From contig JADBKO010000020.1 of NCBI GenBank assembly GCA_014896355.1, positions 21,852 to 85,851 on the forward strand: a stretch of DNA of 64,000 nucleotides. The letters are read 5' to 3'. A program made the position numbers and the translations under genes. The notes beneath the pieces are model-generated. The model saw only the letters and a list, made by a program, of their open reading frames with translations, ran no database searches and was not told the origin of the DNA. Shown here piece by piece: positions 61,823-64,000 of this stretch. Origin of the DNA: Bacillota bacterium. Its GTDB lineage: Bacteria; Bacillota; UBA5301; Bu52. How positions within the stretch are numbered: the stretch's first letter is position 1; each line of letters begins with the position of its first letter.

Positions 61823-62736
61823 GCTGGCAGGGCGACCAAGCCACCCGGCTCCGGCAGATGGCGGCGAACCGCGCCGCCGTCGGGCTGAAGCTCGCGGCTC
61901 AGCCGCCCCCACCGGGTCTGCGGATGGAAGGGGCAGCTCGCGTGGTGGCCGTTGCAGGCGGAAAGGGCGGTGTGGGGAAATCCACCTTGGCCGCCAACAT
62001 CGGCATTGCCCTGGCTCAGCGAAAGCTGCGCGTGCTTCTACTGGACGCCGATTTGGGACTGGGCAACGCAGACCTGCTGCTCGGCATCACGCCGCACGCC
62101 ACTTTGGTCGACCTTTGGGACGCCACCTGCCCCACAGAGCAGGTGATCACCCCGGGTCCGGCAGGGATTGGGGTGATCGCTGGAGCATCGGGCCTGGCAG
62201 AGTTGGCTCGTACTCCGCCTGGGCGGGTCCAGCAGCTGGTGGCGCGCCTGAGTGAAGTAGACAGGCAGTATGACCTTTTCCTGCTGGACGTAGGGGCGGG
62301 CATCGGGGAACAGGTATTGGCGTTCACCCTCTCCAGCGACCTGCTGATGGTGGTGACCACGCCGGAACCTACGGCGCTCATGGACGCCTACAGCCTCATC
62401 AAGGCCTGGCATCTGGCCGGGGGCACCGGATCGGTGCAAGTGGTGGCCAACATGGTCCGCAATGCGCAGGAGGGGGAGGACACCTTTGACCGCTTGCAGA
62501 CCGTGTCCCGGCGCTTTCTGGGGCGTGGCCTCTCTTACTTGGGTTCTGTGCAGGCCGACCCTTCCGTGCCCCAGTCTGTGCGCCTGCAGCAGCCCGTGAT
62601 GTTGGCTTTCCCCAATTCCAGGGCCGCTTGGGAGATCCGGCAGGTGGCGGCGCGCCTCCTGGGCCAGTCGCCCGGCCCCGGACGGGGCTTCGGGGCCATG
62701 CTGCTGCACACCTGGGACCGCCTGCGTGGATGTTAG
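61819..62736 (+). CDS. flhG: MinD-like ATPase FlhG
   Basis: DQATRLR N-terminus, GKGGVGKS, DADLGLGN, TPEPTALMDAY. Confidence 0.94.
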   Translation: MSWQGDQATRLRQMAANRAAVGLKLAAQPPPPGLRMEGAARVVAVAGGKGGVGKSTLAANIGIALAQRKLRVLLLDADLGLGNADLLLGITPHATLVDLWDATCPTEQVITPGPAGIGVIAGASGLAELARTPPGRVQQLVARLSEVDRQYDLFLLDVGAGIGEQVLAFTLSSDLLMVVTTPEPTALMDAYSLIKAWHLAGGTGSVQVVANMVRNAQEGEDTFDRLQTVSRRFLGRGLSYLGSVQADPSVPQSVRLQQPVMLAFPNSRAAWEIRQVAARLLGQSPGPGRGFGAMLLHTWDRLRGC

Positions 62737-62748
62737 GGGGTATGGGTC

Positions 62749-63411
62749 ATGTCCAACTGGATGAACCTCAAAATCGGCCAGCCGGTCCGCTTTTCCATCC
62801 CGGCAGGCGTGTTTCAGGGCAATTATATGAGCCGGTTGGAAGACGAAGACGAGGATACCCTGTTTTTCGCGGCGCCCACGGCAAAATCGGCGCTGGTGCC
62901 GCTGCATGTAGGCCAGCGGGTGCAGATTTACTACGTTTCGGACCAGCCCTCGGGCCCTGCCGTCTACGAATTTGAGGCACGGGTCAAGGGGTTGAAGCAG
63001 GAGCCGGTGCCTTTGGTCCTACTGCCTGTGCCGGGCAGCGTCACCCGCAAGCAGCAGAGGGCGTTCGTCCGGGTGGAGTGCGATCTTCCGGTGCGCTTCC
63101 GCCCGGCGGACCAAGAGAAGCACCCTTTCGCCTACAGAAACGGGCGCTGCCTGGACCTGAGTGGCGGCGGCCTGGTTTTGAGCGCATCCGATCCGGACCT
63201 GATCCCGGGGTCCACATGGGATGTGGAGTTGGCTTTGCCGGAAGGGAAGGTGGCAGCCAGGGCCAAAGTGGTCCGCCTCGTCCCCCGGAAGGACAAGTCC
63301 GGATACAACGCAGCCATGCGGTTTGTGGTGCTCGGCGAGCCCCTGCGGGACCGCATCATGCGTTACGTCTTCGCCCGCCAATTGGAACTGCGCCGCCGCC
63401 AGCTGATCTAG
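62749..63411 (+). CDS. PilZ-domain c-di-GMP-binding flagellar brake (YcgR/MotI-like)
   Basis: QQRAFVR (RxxxR) and DLSGGG (DxSxxG); N-terminal YcgR-like domain. Confidence 0.9.
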   Translation: MSNWMNLKIGQPVRFSIPAGVFQGNYMSRLEDEDEDTLFFAAPTAKSALVPLHVGQRVQIYYVSDQPSGPAVYEFEARVKGLKQEPVPLVLLPVPGSVTRKQQRAFVRVECDLPVRFRPADQEKHPFAYRNGRCLDLSGGGLVLSASDPDLIPGSTWDVELALPEGKVAARAKVVRLVPRKDKSGYNAAMRFVVLGEPLRDRIMRYVFARQLELRRRQLI

Positions 63412-63448
63412 CGGAGCGGCGGCCCGATGATGAAGGAGGGATTTTGGT

Positions 63449-64000
63449 ATGTCCGACGGAGAGAGGAAACAAGAGCAGGCAGCCAAAGAACGGCAGATGG
63501 TGGTGTTTCGCCTGGGCCGGGAGGAGTTCGGGGTGCCGATTCTCCAGACCCGCGGCATCTATCCTTATCCGAAGGTCACGTCCCTGCCGCAGCTGCCTGC
63601 GTTCATCCAGGGAGTTTTCGACCTACAGGGGGAGATCATCCCCGTCGTGGACCTGCGGCGGCGCTTTGGCCTGCCGGAGCTGACAGAGGGTCGGCAGGAC
63701 AGCCGCGTCCTGGTGGTGGAGCTGGACGGAGTGAAGCTGGGGCTGGTGGTGGACACCGTCACAGAAACCGTCTGGGTGGCGGAGAAAGACATCCAGCCGC
63801 CGCCCGCGGCCATCGCGGGCATTCACGGCCACTACCTGGCGGGGCTGGCCCGCAGGCCGCAGGGGCTCCTGATCCTCTTGGCACCGGAGCGGATCCTGAC
63901 GGAGCCGGAGCGGGAGCAGGCCGCAGCCGTAGGCCGCACTCCGGTACCGGGCGGCGGCCCGGCGGTTCCGGGCGAGTCCGCGGGGCATGATGCCGCTGCC
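63449..64000 (+). CDS. cheW: Chemotaxis protein CheW (3'-partial)
   Basis: Manual translation: MVVFRLGREEFGVPI...PAFIQGVFDLQGEIIPVVDLRRRFG...GLVVDTV; runs off window end. Confidence 0.88.
   Translation, partial: MSDGERKQEQAAKERQMVVFRLGREEFGVPILQTRGIYPYPKVTSLPQLPAFIQGVFDLQGEIIPVVDLRRRFGLPELTEGRQDSRVLVVELDGVKLGLVVDTVTETVWVAEKDIQPPPAAIAGIHGHYLAGLARRPQGLLILLAPERILTEPEREQAAAVGRTPVPGGGPAVPGESAGHDAAA

Overview
Housekeeping and motility region of a high-GC Firmicute (Bacillota). CodY, FliY, TrmFO, KhpA and ECF genes support this placement; a Limnochordia-like lineage is only a guess. All real genes are on the + strand. (1) 1-19040: S10-spc-alpha ribosomal superoperon (rpsJ partial to rplQ), ecfA1-ecfA2-ecfT and the 5' third of truA. 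(2) ~19043-19485: unexplained segment joining the truncated truA to the 3' half of ylxM. (3) 19486-36793: ffh-rpsP-khpA-rimM-trmD-rplS-rbgA-rnhB, then yraN-comM(frameshifted)-Zn-ribbon ORF-dprA, then smg-topA-trmFO-hslV-hslU-codY. (4) 37015-64000: c-di-GMP-I riboswitch heading a Bacillus-type fla/che operon (flgB to flhG, PilZ brake, cheW partial). No rRNA, tRNA, CRISPR array or mobile element was recognised. The best novelty candidates are a compact three-way-junction RNA between the TIGR02530 gene and flgE, a perfect internal SD+ATG in fliY that could yield a separate FliN-like protein, an AT-rich 1-nt lesion at the MNPCPCG motif of comM, an uncharacterised Zn-ribbon gene in the competence cluster, and a 910-aa FliK. 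Two segments (19043-19485 and ~25300-25640) may be assembly or consensus artefacts. All family assignments come from motif recognition by eye; no database searches were run.
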